A DNA stretch of 64,000 nt from Bacteriovoracia bacterium (GTDB lineage: Bacteria > Bdellovibrionota > UBA1018 > JBFWNL01), in the NCBI GenBank assembly GCA_050251055.1, contig JBFWNL010000004.1, positions 160,001-224,000 on the forward strand, read 5' to 3'. Of the stretch, positions 1-8,945 are shown in pieces (the stretch's first letter is position 1; the number at the start of each line of letters is the position of its first letter). The position numbers and the translations under genes are program-made. The notes below the pieces were generated by a model. The model made no database searches. It worked only from the letters and a program-made list of their open reading frames with translations, and had not been told where the DNA came from.

Positions 1-352
1 AGTGAGTTCTCCGGGTTCCTCCCTTACTTTCGCCAAGCTCGGTGGTCGAGCGAGGCGGGTGCGGGAAACTAGCGGTTCCGGCTAGCGCCGTAGACACGAG
101 AAGTGTCCGCGGTGGAATGGGGCAAATTCAGCCTGGATCACGGTGCTGGTACCACCGCGATCGTGGAGTAGGGGCTCGAGCTGGTAACGGGAGTTTTATG
201 GGAAACGCGCGATTAAACGCGCCCGGAAAAGTTATTTGAAGGTTTTCGGGGCAAGCTGCCCGGGCGAAGGATCGCCCGGGGATTTCGGCAAGCCCTGGGA
301 AAAGGCGGGATCTCACCGATTTCCCATGGGTGAGGTTTCGTAACAACTTGGC

Positions 353-420
353 GGCAAGGAAGCCGGCCGACGCTAGGGATAGCGCCGGTTGACTATGGAG
401 GGTTGCACTTGAAAGGAGGC
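353..420 (+). promoter_or_regulatory. Flagellin leader with CsrA/RsmA-type ANGGA sites and RBS
   Basis: Hairpins GGC-AAGGAA-GCC (353-364) and CGCT-AGGGAT-AGCG (371-384), plus ATGGA (~395) and AAGGAGG RBS (~413-419) before ATG 425. Confidence 0.6.
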
Positions 421-424
421 AACC

Positions 425-1258
425 ATGGGATTACGCATAAATACGAACATCACTGCGATGAACGCGCAGAGACAGATCGCAGCGACGCGCTTGGGCTTGG
501 ACAAGACGCTGGAAAAGCTCGCGAGCGGCAGCCGCATTAACCATGCGGGTGACGACGCGGCCGGCCTGGCGATTTCCGAAAACCTACGCGCGCAGATCCG
601 CGGGATGCGGCAAGCAAAACGCAACGCTCAAGATGGGATATCGCTCATTCAGGTGTCGGAAGGCGGCCTGAACGAAGTCGGCAACATCCTGATCCGTTTG
701 CGCGAGCTGTCTATCCAGGCGGCTTCGGATACGATCGGCGACACGGAACGGCAGTTCACGGATCGTGAATTCCAGTCCTTGAAGCAGGAAATCGACCGCA
801 TCACCAACGCCACGAACTACAACGGTACGCCGTTACTCAACGGCAAGGCCGGGATATTCGAGTTCCAGGTCGGGATCTACAACAACCCGATCTTGGACCG
901 GATCGTATACAATGGCGAACGGGCCGATGCGACGCTCGATGCCCTGAAGATGGGCGGCGAATCCGTCGCGACCAAGCAAGGCGCGCAGCTGAGCTTGAGC
1001 GTGATCGACGACGCCCTCGTCCGGGTCAACAGCATTCGCGCCGATTTGGGCGCCATGCAGAACCGCATGCAGTCGACGATCAACAACCTGGCTATCTACG
1101 ACGAAAACCTCTCGGCCGCGAACTCGCGTATCCGTGATGCGGACGTCGCCGAAGAGACCAGCGAGCTGACCAAGCAAAATATCCTGATGCAATCAGGTAT
1201 TTCGGTCTTGGGTCAAGCCAACAGCACGAATCAGACCGCGTTGAAACTGTTGTCGTAA
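425..1258 (+). CDS. fliC: Flagellin (short, little or no hypervariable domain)
   Basis: N-term MGLRINTNITAMNAQR..LASGSRINHAGDDAAGLAISE; C-term RADLGAMQNR..NLSAANSRIRDADVAEE. Confidence 0.97.
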   Translation: MGLRINTNITAMNAQRQIAATRLGLDKTLEKLASGSRINHAGDDAAGLAISENLRAQIRGMRQAKRNAQDGISLIQVSEGGLNEVGNILIRLRELSIQAASDTIGDTERQFTDREFQSLKQEIDRITNATNYNGTPLLNGKAGIFEFQVGIYNNPILDRIVYNGERADATLDALKMGGESVATKQGAQLSLSVIDDALVRVNSIRADLGAMQNRMQSTINNLAIYDENLSAANSRIRDADVAEETSELTKQNILMQSGISVLGQANSTNQTALKLLS

Positions 1259-1303
1259 ACGTAAAGGCAGAAGCTATGGATGCAAGAGCGAGGAGCAGTC
1301 ATC

Positions 1304-1449
1304 ACCGGAAAGGCTGAACAGCTGTCATGAATTACAGGGTAAGCGTGGCTATAGATCCGCCCGGGCGTCCCGTAAAAGGGTACAGGGATGTCCGGGCCGA
1401 TAGCCGGCGAGGCCAGGTAAGGGAAATGACGGCTGTTCAGTCCGACGGT
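1304..1449 (+). ncRNA. Candidate structured RNA / flagellin 3'UTR element
   Basis: 17-bp helix 1312-1328/1426-1442, 6-bp helix 1347-1352/1400-1405, 13-bp helix 1359-1371/1385-1397; the non-Watson-Crick pairs are G-U on the + strand. Confidence 0.55.
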
Positions 1450-1471
1450 AGCGCGGTACAATGTTCGGCAA

Positions 1472-2377
1472 GTGAAGAACTCGAAATGCGTCCTAATCGT
1501 GGGGGGTAGCGGATTCGTCGGCACCCATCTCGCCTTGCGGCTGCGCGAAGAGCATAAGGTATTTTCGACTTATAAGCGGCACCCGTTCACGATCCCGGGC
1601 GTGACCGCCATTCCCCTCGACGCCTTGGATCGCGACCGCACCAAGCGGATCATTTATACCGTTCGGCCCGATGTAATTATCTACGCGGCCGGGAGCAACG
1701 ACGCCGAATGGGTGGAGCGCCACGCGCGTGAAGCCGACCACATCCACGCCGGGGGCTCGGTCAACGTCTCCACCATCGCCGACATCTTCCAACCCAAGTT
1801 CATCCTGCTTTCGAATTCGTACGTTTTCGACGGGCAGCGCGGCAACTATCACGAAGATGACATCGTGCTGCCCACGAATAGCCTGGGCAAGTGCAAGCTC
1901 AACAGTGAAAACTACGTGAAGGGAAAGTCGCTGAACTACGTGCTCTTGCGCTCCAGCCCCGTCTTTGGCCGGGGAAATGGGCTTCGCCATTCCTTCCTCG
2001 ACCGGCTACGCATCACCTTGGGCAAGGGTGACCGCATCGAGCTGAGCAAGCAGGAGCTGCAGTCCTTCGCGCCGGTAAGCGGCCTGGTGGAACTCGTGGC
2101 GCGTTTGGTAAACAGCAACGTGCGCAACAAGGTCATCCATTACGGTGGCCTCAGCAAAATGAGTTACTACGATTTTGCGGTGGAGTTCGCCAAGCGTTTT
2201 AAATTCGACCCGTCCAAGATCGCGCCCACGGTGCTGGCGCCGGGCATGGAAAACTACTTTTTCGATTATTCGCTGAACTCGACCTACGCGGCCACGAACT
2301 TAAAGATCAAGCCCCTTCTCGTGCAGGAGAGCTTTGATCTGTTCGAGCAAGAGCTGGTTGCCGGCTTTGGACTTTGA
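1472..2377 (+). CDS. RmlD-like NAD(P)-dependent sugar-nucleotide reductase (extended SDR)
   Basis: GGSGFVG Rossmann motif; S-x-x-YVFDG..G.YHEDD..P.NSLGKCK (catalytic YxxxK appears as LxxxK). Confidence 0.8.
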   Translation: MKNSKCVLIVGGSGFVGTHLALRLREEHKVFSTYKRHPFTIPGVTAIPLDALDRDRTKRIIYTVRPDVIIYAAGSNDAEWVERHAREADHIHAGGSVNVSTIADIFQPKFILLSNSYVFDGQRGNYHEDDIVLPTNSLGKCKLNSENYVKGKSLNYVLLRSSPVFGRGNGLRHSFLDRLRITLGKGDRIELSKQELQSFAPVSGLVELVARLVNSNVRNKVIHYGGLSKMSYYDFAVEFAKRFKFDPSKIAPTVLAPGMENYFFDYSLNSTYAATNLKIKPLLVQESFDLFEQELVAGFGL

Positions 2378-2905
2378 GGTGTCGCGCGTGGAGCGCACGA
2401 ACTCGGCGAAGTAAAAGCGGGCCAGCTGCGCCGGCTCCACCTTCTCGCCCTGAAAACTCCAAAACACGTTCCGGAACGGGCCCACCTGGGCGATCAAATC
2501 GACGGGAACGTTGCCGTCCGCGGTATCGGCTCCCGCCCCGGGAATCGCTCCTCGCTGATGGCGGGCGAACGACAGGCGAATCAACCCGTGCGACGGGTTC
2601 GTGATCACGAACTTCACCGTATTGCGGAACAGCATGAAGTCGGCCGAAGTATTCGCCATGCTGTAAATTTTGATCTCTTGGAAACGCGCGCCAGCCTCTG
2701 AGTAACCGTTGAAGATCTTGGTGTACTCGGTGAACTGTTCACGTAGCTGGGTCAGGAAGTCGATCGTGCTTTCTTCAACGAGCTGATGGGGGTCATCGCT
2801 CTGGGCGAGCTGCAGGAGCTTGTCGGCTTCGGGGTGAATTTCGCCCCGTGCCAATTCATGGATCCAACCCTGTTGCGATGGCAGAATATCTTTATAACTA
2901 CCCAT
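2300..2905 (-). CDS. Hypothetical protein
   Basis: Protein-like ORF, ATG 2905; 3' end overlaps the RmlD-like gene by 78 bp. Confidence 0.7.
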   Translation of the reverse strand: MGSYKDILPSQQGWIHELARGEIHPEADKLLQLAQSDDPHQLVEESTIDFLTQLREQFTEYTKIFNGYSEAGARFQEIKIYSMANTSADFMLFRNTVKFVITNPSHGLIRLSFARHQRGAIPGAGADTADGNVPVDLIAQVGPFRNVFWSFQGEKVEPAQLARFYFAEFVRSTRDTSKSKAGNQLLLEQIKALLHEKGLDL

Positions 2906-3004
2906 ATCAATCCCCCGGCCCGCAGGCTCCAAGAAACAGTATGGCTAAATGGTCGGGAAGGTCAAGCCGCCGCTCCTGGGGTGCGCCAAAAAAATGGCGC
3001 CCCC

Positions 3005-3727
3005 CTACTTTTTGGGTTTTTCCGCGCGGGGAGCCTCCGAGGCCGAGGGGACGGGAGCCTCGTCGTTTTCGGAGTCGCCTTCCAGAGTCACCGTCCCGTT
3101 GTTTTTCTGAACCGCGGACCTCAGATCTTCGGTGGATCTCACCTCGCCGAACGCCTTGAGGTAATCCGAGATCTGAAACTTCATCACCAATCCCGGCTTT
3201 GCCGCCAGGTCCTCGGTTACGGTTTTTTCCGGTATCACCAACGGCTTCTCCGGCAGGAAAGCCAACAACTCCAGGGAGGACAGTTGATACGCGTTCGAAG
3301 TCGTATTCAGCACCTGGCCTTCGACGCTGATCGAGTATGAAACCGTCTGGCATTGCGGACTCACGATCAAGTCCACCCGGTGATACTCACCGGTGGGTAT
3401 CGACTGCTGATGAAGGCTGTTCCCTTTCAGCCCATCATAAACGGTATGCTGGGCTTCCTTGAAAGCCACGAAAGCAAATCCTTCCGGCGCATCCCCCAGC
3501 ACGGCTTGCACCACGTCTTTGGTCGTCGGCACTAACGCGGGATCGCGACTCAACACGGCCCCGACGAAGCAAAACCCGGTAGCGGTTTTGGCGGAAAGGC
3601 CCAGCTCGGGATTGGCGACCAAGCGCAACTCAATCGGAATGGGATCGGGACGCAAAGTATCTCCTACCTTGGTCGGTGCGCAAGCCGTGCCCACGATCGC
3701 TAGCAGAAGCAAAACCCATCTTCTCAT
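3005..3727 (-). CDS. Hypothetical lipoprotein
   Basis: Start reassigned to ATG 3727 (ATGA overlap with upstream stop); MRRWVLLLLAIVGTAC lipobox. Confidence 0.75.
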   Translation of the reverse strand: MRRWVLLLLAIVGTACAPTKVGDTLRPDPIPIELRLVANPELGLSAKTATGFCFVGAVLSRDPALVPTTKDVVQAVLGDAPEGFAFVAFKEAQHTVYDGLKGNSLHQQSIPTGEYHRVDLIVSPQCQTVSYSISVEGQVLNTTSNAYQLSSLELLAFLPEKPLVIPEKTVTEDLAAKPGLVMKFQISDYLKAFGEVRSTEDLRSAVQKNNGTVTLEGDSENDEAPVPSASEAPRAEKPKK

Positions 3728-4602
3728 AGCAATGTACCCCCGTTGGATCCCGAATCCGTGTCGTTCCCGGGGTCTTTCCGCTCCGCGAGCGGCACCCCGA
3801 AAACGCCGATCTGATAAGTAGCGTCTTTTTCTTGGGCCGAGGAAGCTTGGCCCAGCTCGGCGACCTCTTCGATTGCACGATTTAAGATCGCCTTCACTTT
3901 GTCGAAATCTTTCTTTGCGATGTTTAACGTGTAGGCAGAGAGCGTACGCTCCTGCTTGGTCATGGTATCGAGCGACTCGACCGCCAGGCCCATCATCTGC
4001 GAATAGAACTGGGACATGGAAAGGCGGTAAACCCCACCTTCGCAATCCAATCGTTTTGGCGGCGCGACGGTGCAGGTCTCTTCGTCAACCTGGATGAAAC
4101 CGTGCTGGGTCAGGAAACCAATGGCCTTCTTGACCTCGACCAGGGGCACGGCTTTACGCAGATGTTTTTGGATCCAAACCGCATCCAGCCGAAAATCCGG
4201 CCATTCGGCCATCTCGCGAATCGCGACGTAGTACCATTTGGTGAGATACTGATGGACTTCAATCTCCTTGGGGTTGAGCTTGCGGTACGAATGGTAGCGC
4301 CGAAGTCGCTGATAGGCGCGGCCGCGATCCCCCTGGGTTGGCGCCGTGCCGACTTCCTCCAAGAGGCGGAGGTAACGTTGTTGCTCAATCGTCAGCTGGA
4401 GTTGACCGATCGTTTTGTCGAGCGTCGCTTTCGTCAACCGCCGCTTATTGGCCAGAAGCAGGGAAAGAAACGGGGCCGAAATCCCCGTCCGCAGGCAAAA
4501 CTCTTTGAGCGTGAATGCCTTCTGCTCGCGCGTAAGGTAACGAATCCAGTCGATAAAGAAGGCTTGGTAGTCATGGTAATGAAATACGTTGGGGGGACCC
4601 AT
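3724..4602 (-). CDS. TIGR02147/DUF4423 family protein with N-terminal HTH
   Basis: F.Y.DY..F, HTH-like FTLKEFCLRTGISAPFLSLLL..KRRLT, WYYVAIREM, C-term YQIGVFGVPL; G-rich RBS before ATG 4602. Confidence 0.9.
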   Translation of the reverse strand: MGPPNVFHYHDYQAFFIDWIRYLTREQKAFTLKEFCLRTGISAPFLSLLLANKRRLTKATLDKTIGQLQLTIEQQRYLRLLEEVGTAPTQGDRGRAYQRLRRYHSYRKLNPKEIEVHQYLTKWYYVAIREMAEWPDFRLDAVWIQKHLRKAVPLVEVKKAIGFLTQHGFIQVDEETCTVAPPKRLDCEGGVYRLSMSQFYSQMMGLAVESLDTMTKQERTLSAYTLNIAKKDFDKVKAILNRAIEEVAELGQASSAQEKDATYQIGVFGVPLAERKDPGNDTDSGSNGGTLL

Positions 4603-4659
4603 TTTCCCCCCCGAAGACACGTCGCTGGCTTTAATCCCCTTACCCTGAATCACTCCTTA

Positions 4660-4960
4660 TAACTGTACTAAAAAGATCAGATTTTGTAAAACTTGGATTA
4701 GAAAATTGATTATTCATACATGATTAAAAAAAACATTTAAAATCATATTCTTAAAAATATATAAATTAAATCAGTTAATATAACAATATAGATAAAAATA
4801 TAATTATTACTAATATCAATAATTTAAAAATTAATATTTTCATTTGAAAATTTTGTATATAAATTTAATAAATTTATTAATTAAAAAAATATATTAGTTT
4901 TAATTAGTTATAAAAAATTTTTTTATATAAATTTTCAAATATAAAAAAAATCCTTGAAAA
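4660..4960. other. Extremely AT-rich divergent intergenic segment
   Basis: 13 G+C in the 180 nt 4741-4920; inverted repeat ATTTGAAAATTT 4842-4853 / 4929-4940. Confidence 0.9.
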
Positions 4961-5037
4961 AAGACTCGTCGCGTCATAACCTGAACCCGTACCAAATTTG
5001 ATTAATTTGATCTGTTTTATGAGTAGGGGTTTTTGGG

Positions 5038-6393
5038 ATGGCATTGAGAAACAAATTTAGCTCCCGGGTACTGCCCGTACCCGCGCAGCCCACGAACTTG
5101 CGATCGAGGCCGGCGGCCCCCGCCCTCGATCGCAAGCTCGTCCTGCGCGATCAGCGTGGCTTCAGTATTGTCAGCGCCACGATCTCGAGCGCCATCCTAA
5201 TCGTAGGTCTGCTAGCGGCAGCCCAGGGCTTCGAGCACAGCATGAAGGCCGGACGCAACGTCAGCGGGTTGCACACCTACAACAGCCTGATGAGCACGAC
5301 CCAACTCCTCCTCAATGGGCAGAAGTCCTGCGTCGGGGCTTTTCAAAACGATGACGGAAGCCTGGTGCAATACCAACCTCCGCTGATGGGAAGCCCGGCG
5401 GTTGCCGATCCAAGCTACTCGGTGACGGTGAATCGCCTTATGCTGGGAACAAGCCCACTTCTTTCCGTGGACTCGAGTTCACCGAACCAGGAAGTGAAAA
5501 TCACGGACCTTCGGCTGCAATCCCGCGGGCTCGCTCCCGACGAGGTGACCCTCCTCGTTGGCGGCGCCACCAAAATCTACCATCGCCACGTAGTGGATTT
5601 GAATATTACGGGCGAAAAGACGGGTTTAATCTTAGGCGCGCGACAACTCACGAAGTCTTTCACTATCGCGATCTTAACGAATCCCACGGAATCGGGCCAA
5701 GTCGTGCAATGCTTGCCTCCGAGCGAAGGTGGGTTAGGATCCCCCACTTTGGAAATCGCCGTCGCTAAACGCGTCGGGATTGCGCTCTACAACCGTGACT
5801 GCGTCGAACCGGTCGCGAACATCGATCCTTGCGAATATAACGGAGGCGCATGCACGGCCGGAATGTCCGCGCCGCCACCCGCGCCGTACGCGATCCCGCA
5901 CCCCCTTTGGGATCAGTACCAAAAACCCCCCAGCGACCCGGCTTACTCAAACGTATGGGGAAAATTCTTTTACGATGGCGATCCGGATCTAACGAAGCTG
6001 CCGAACGGAATCACGAACATCGGCCCCCAGGGCCGTTGCAAAGTGCTCGCGGTCAATACGCCCGCCGGCGTGAACCCGGCGACAATCTTCAAATCCGTAA
6101 ATAAGGCGCATCCGAATTTTCCTTCCCAGCCCAACCAGCTTGCCGGGCTCGCGTGCAATGCCGCCGAAGGCTGGCGCCTGGTCAACTGTTCAAGCTCGAA
6201 TTACGGATCCGGCAGCGACCCCGATGAGCTAATCGGGCAAACCGACGGCCACGACAGCTGCTTCACCGGCAACTACCGGGAGCCTCATCTGCTGGCCGCC
6301 GGGGCCGCCGGTCACTTTCGGTCATTAAAGGTCGCGCTATCGGTTACCTGTATGCGCTTCAAACAGAGTCCAGGGTTAATTCAGTCCATATAA
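5038..6393 (+). CDS. Type IV pilin/pseudopilin-like protein with large Cys-rich C-terminal domain
   Basis: Class III signal QRG|FSIVSATISSAILIVGLLAAAQ; paired Cys in the C-terminal half. Confidence 0.7.
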   Translation: MALRNKFSSRVLPVPAQPTNLRSRPAAPALDRKLVLRDQRGFSIVSATISSAILIVGLLAAAQGFEHSMKAGRNVSGLHTYNSLMSTTQLLLNGQKSCVGAFQNDDGSLVQYQPPLMGSPAVADPSYSVTVNRLMLGTSPLLSVDSSSPNQEVKITDLRLQSRGLAPDEVTLLVGGATKIYHRHVVDLNITGEKTGLILGARQLTKSFTIAILTNPTESGQVVQCLPPSEGGLGSPTLEIAVAKRVGIALYNRDCVEPVANIDPCEYNGGACTAGMSAPPPAPYAIPHPLWDQYQKPPSDPAYSNVWGKFFYDGDPDLTKLPNGITNIGPQGRCKVLAVNTPAGVNPATIFKSVNKAHPNFPSQPNQLAGLACNAAEGWRLVNCSSSNYGSGSDPDELIGQTDGHDSCFTGNYREPHLLAAGAAGHFRSLKVALSVTCMRFKQSPGLIQSI

Positions 6394-6409
6394 ACGAATA
6401 GGGGATTGC

Positions 6410-8896
6410 ATGGGGAAATACGCACGATTTGTGAGCATCTGGGTACTCGGAATCACGTTGGGAAGCGCGCCCGCGTTCGGGGGAATGTCCGTCGGCGTGA
6501 ATCTTAGTCAAACCGAATACGGATCGTCTTGGGATTTCATCAACGTCCTCCGCCAAGCGAACACCTTCGTGTCCCAAAACGCTTCGGGCAATGGTGCTTG
6601 GAATACGGGGGTGGCTCACTTGATTTCACGCAATGCGGAGGGCTATCCGCTCGTGGCGCCCGCTACCGTCTCGGGCCAAGCCGAGGGACAGGTACTCGCC
6701 ACGATCATCTACGGAGACTTGGCCGGAAAGTACCCCGGCGGAACGTACGTCGTGAAGTACGACGGCGCGGGTACCCTCCAGTTCGGGGGCGACGCGACGA
6801 TCACCGTCCAGCAGACGGGACGGTTGGAGCTCTCCGTGACGCCGGGAAACACCGGTATCATCATGCGCATTGTCGCCAGCACGAGCGGCAATCCCGTGCG
6901 CAATATCCGAATCTTCCATAAAAGCTTCGAAGGCGCGAATGGAGAGCCAAACGGAATTTTTCATCCTGCCTTGCTCCAAAAACTCGCCCCATTTTCGACG
7001 ATCCGCATGATGGATTGGCAACGCACCAACAACTCACCGCTGGTGGCGTGGGGCGATCGCCGGCTACCCGAGTACTACACGCAAACCGATGAAAAAGGGG
7101 TAGCCCTCGAGCATCAAATCGACCTGGCGAACGCGCTCGGGAAAAACATCTGGTTGAACATCCCGCACAAAGCCGACGACGGTTACGTGCAGAGCATGGC
7201 TACGGTGGTGAAGAACCGGCTCAATCCGGCGCTAAAAGCGTATATCGAATACTCCAACGAAGTTTGGAACGGAGGTTTCCAGCAGCATCAATATGCCGAA
7301 CAGCAAGGGGATTCGATTTACGGGAACCCGACGGCGTATAACTTCTGGAAGTACTACGCGCTTCGATCCGTGCAGGTGCTTCAGATATTCAAGAACGTAT
7401 TCGGCGGACAGAGCCAGCGCATCGTGCGGGTCATTGGATCACAACACGACTGGGGCGGCGGCGGAATGAGCCAGCAAATCCTGGCTCACGCTTATTCGGT
7501 CGCCCAAAACCCGGCGGACTTTGCCGATGCCTTGGCCACCGCGCCTTACTTCGGCTCTAGCTACGGATTGAGCTGCAATCCGGCTAATCTCAATGTGGAC
7601 ACCCTGATGGCCGGACTCCAGAACGACATCGCGACCTTGCAAAAACCGCGATCGCTCGCGAACAAGGGCTTCGCCGACCAGTACGGACTGGACTTCATCG
7701 CGTACGAGGCGGGCCAGCATTTGGTACGCGTGGCGAACTGCGGTACGGCCAACGCCGCGATCGACGCTTTCTTCATCGCCGCCAACCGCTCTCCGCTTCT
7801 GAAGAACGTCTATCTTTATGATTTGCAAAACCTGGAAGGGATCTACGACCTCGTCATGGAGTACAGCTTCATCGGCAAGTATGGCTCCTGGGGATCCTGG
7901 GGGATTCTCGAGAACATGACCCAGACCCGCGCCCAGGCCCCGAAATATGACGCGATCCTGACTTACCTGGAAGGATCCAGCCCTCCCTCAGATACGGTTC
8001 CGCCGACTATCACCGTGTCGCCGACCTCCGTCACGATCGCCGTTGGCGCAAGCTACACTCTCGCCAACGCCATGAACGGGGTGAGTGCCATCGACAACGT
8101 CGACGGAAATATCACCGCGCAGGTTTCGGTGTCGGGCGCGGCCTTTCCCCTGAATACCGCGTCGCCAGGCACGCTGACCCTGACTTACGCCGTTTCGGAC
8201 GCAGCGGGAAATGCCGCGGCCCCTAAGAGCCGTACCGTCACGATTCAAGCGGCTACTCCTCCGCCTCCTCCGCCGCCCGGGGGAAATGGCTTAAAGGGTG
8301 AATACTTCGAGGGCGCGAACAACTTCGCCCTGCGGGATCGGGTCCTCGTTCGGACCGATGCCGCCGTGAACTTCAACTGGGATTACGGCGCACCGGCCAC
8401 GTCCGTGAGCGAGGATACCTTCTCGGTGCGTTGGACGGGTTACGTCAAGCCGAAGTATTCCGAAGCTTATACGTTCTGCGTGGAATCCGACGATGGCGCG
8501 CTTTTGCGAGTCGACGGCGCGCTTCTCGTCAACGCCCTGACCGATCACGCGGCAACGGAAATCTGCGGTCCCCCGATTTCCTTGCAAGCGAATCAGCTCT
8601 ATACCATCAAGCTGAAGTATTACGAAAACCTGGGTCAAGCTTCGGTGAAACTCCGCTGGAAGAGCGCGAGCCAGACCAAGGAAATCGTACCTAGCTCCCG
8701 GCTCTTCCTTCCTGATTTCACCTGCCAGGGAGATCTGGACGGAAACGGGATGGTGGATTCCATGGACTTGGCGATCTTGATGAGCGCCTGGGGTGTCGCG
8801 AGTTCGGGCGCGATGGCCGATTTCGACCAAAGCGGCATGATCGATTCCTGGGACCTAGCTATCCTGCTCATGGCTTGGGGCGCATGCTCGAACTAG
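6410..8896 (+). CDS. Secreted modular protein: GH-A-like TIM barrel, Ig-like (DUF5011-type), PA14, dockerin-like
   Basis: Signal peptide; YIEYSNEVWN and AYEAGQHL; DTVPPTIT..SAIDNVDG..YAVSDAAGN; PA14 NFNW..FSVRWTG..SDDG; two GDLDGNGMVDSMDL-type repeats. Confidence 0.85.
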   Translation: MGKYARFVSIWVLGITLGSAPAFGGMSVGVNLSQTEYGSSWDFINVLRQANTFVSQNASGNGAWNTGVAHLISRNAEGYPLVAPATVSGQAEGQVLATIIYGDLAGKYPGGTYVVKYDGAGTLQFGGDATITVQQTGRLELSVTPGNTGIIMRIVASTSGNPVRNIRIFHKSFEGANGEPNGIFHPALLQKLAPFSTIRMMDWQRTNNSPLVAWGDRRLPEYYTQTDEKGVALEHQIDLANALGKNIWLNIPHKADDGYVQSMATVVKNRLNPALKAYIEYSNEVWNGGFQQHQYAEQQGDSIYGNPTAYNFWKYYALRSVQVLQIFKNVFGGQSQRIVRVIGSQHDWGGGGMSQQILAHAYSVAQNPADFADALATAPYFGSSYGLSCNPANLNVDTLMAGLQNDIATLQKPRSLANKGFADQYGLDFIAYEAGQHLVRVANCGTANAAIDAFFIAANRSPLLKNVYLYDLQNLEGIYDLVMEYSFIGKYGSWGSWGILENMTQTRAQAPKYDAILTYLEGSSPPSDTVPPTITVSPTSVTIAVGASYTLANAMNGVSAIDNVDGNITAQVSVSGAAFPLNTASPGTLTLTYAVSDAAGNAAAPKSRTVTIQAATPPPPPPPGGNGLKGEYFEGANNFALRDRVLVRTDAAVNFNWDYGAPATSVSEDTFSVRWTGYVKPKYSEAYTFCVESDDGALLRVDGALLVNALTDHAATEICGPPISLQANQLYTIKLKYYENLGQASVKLRWKSASQTKEIVPSSRLFLPDFTCQGDLDGNGMVDSMDLAILMSAWGVASSGAMADFDQSGMIDSWDLAILLMAWGACSN

Positions 8897-8945
8897 ATGC
8901 CCTGTGGTTTGCCAAAGCCAATCGCCTGTAGGAGAATAAACCGCT

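Noticed and set aside
285-325. Sigma-28 promoter for fliC
   Set aside because: CCGAT is present (~317) but there is no properly spaced TAAA -35 element
3728-4045. N-terminal extension of ORF 3005-4045
   Set aside because: Overlaps TIGR02147; the lipoprotein signal begins at ATG 3727
4660-4960. oriC / DNA unwinding element
   Set aside because: No convincing TTATCCACA DnaA-box array and no dnaA/gidA/parAB context
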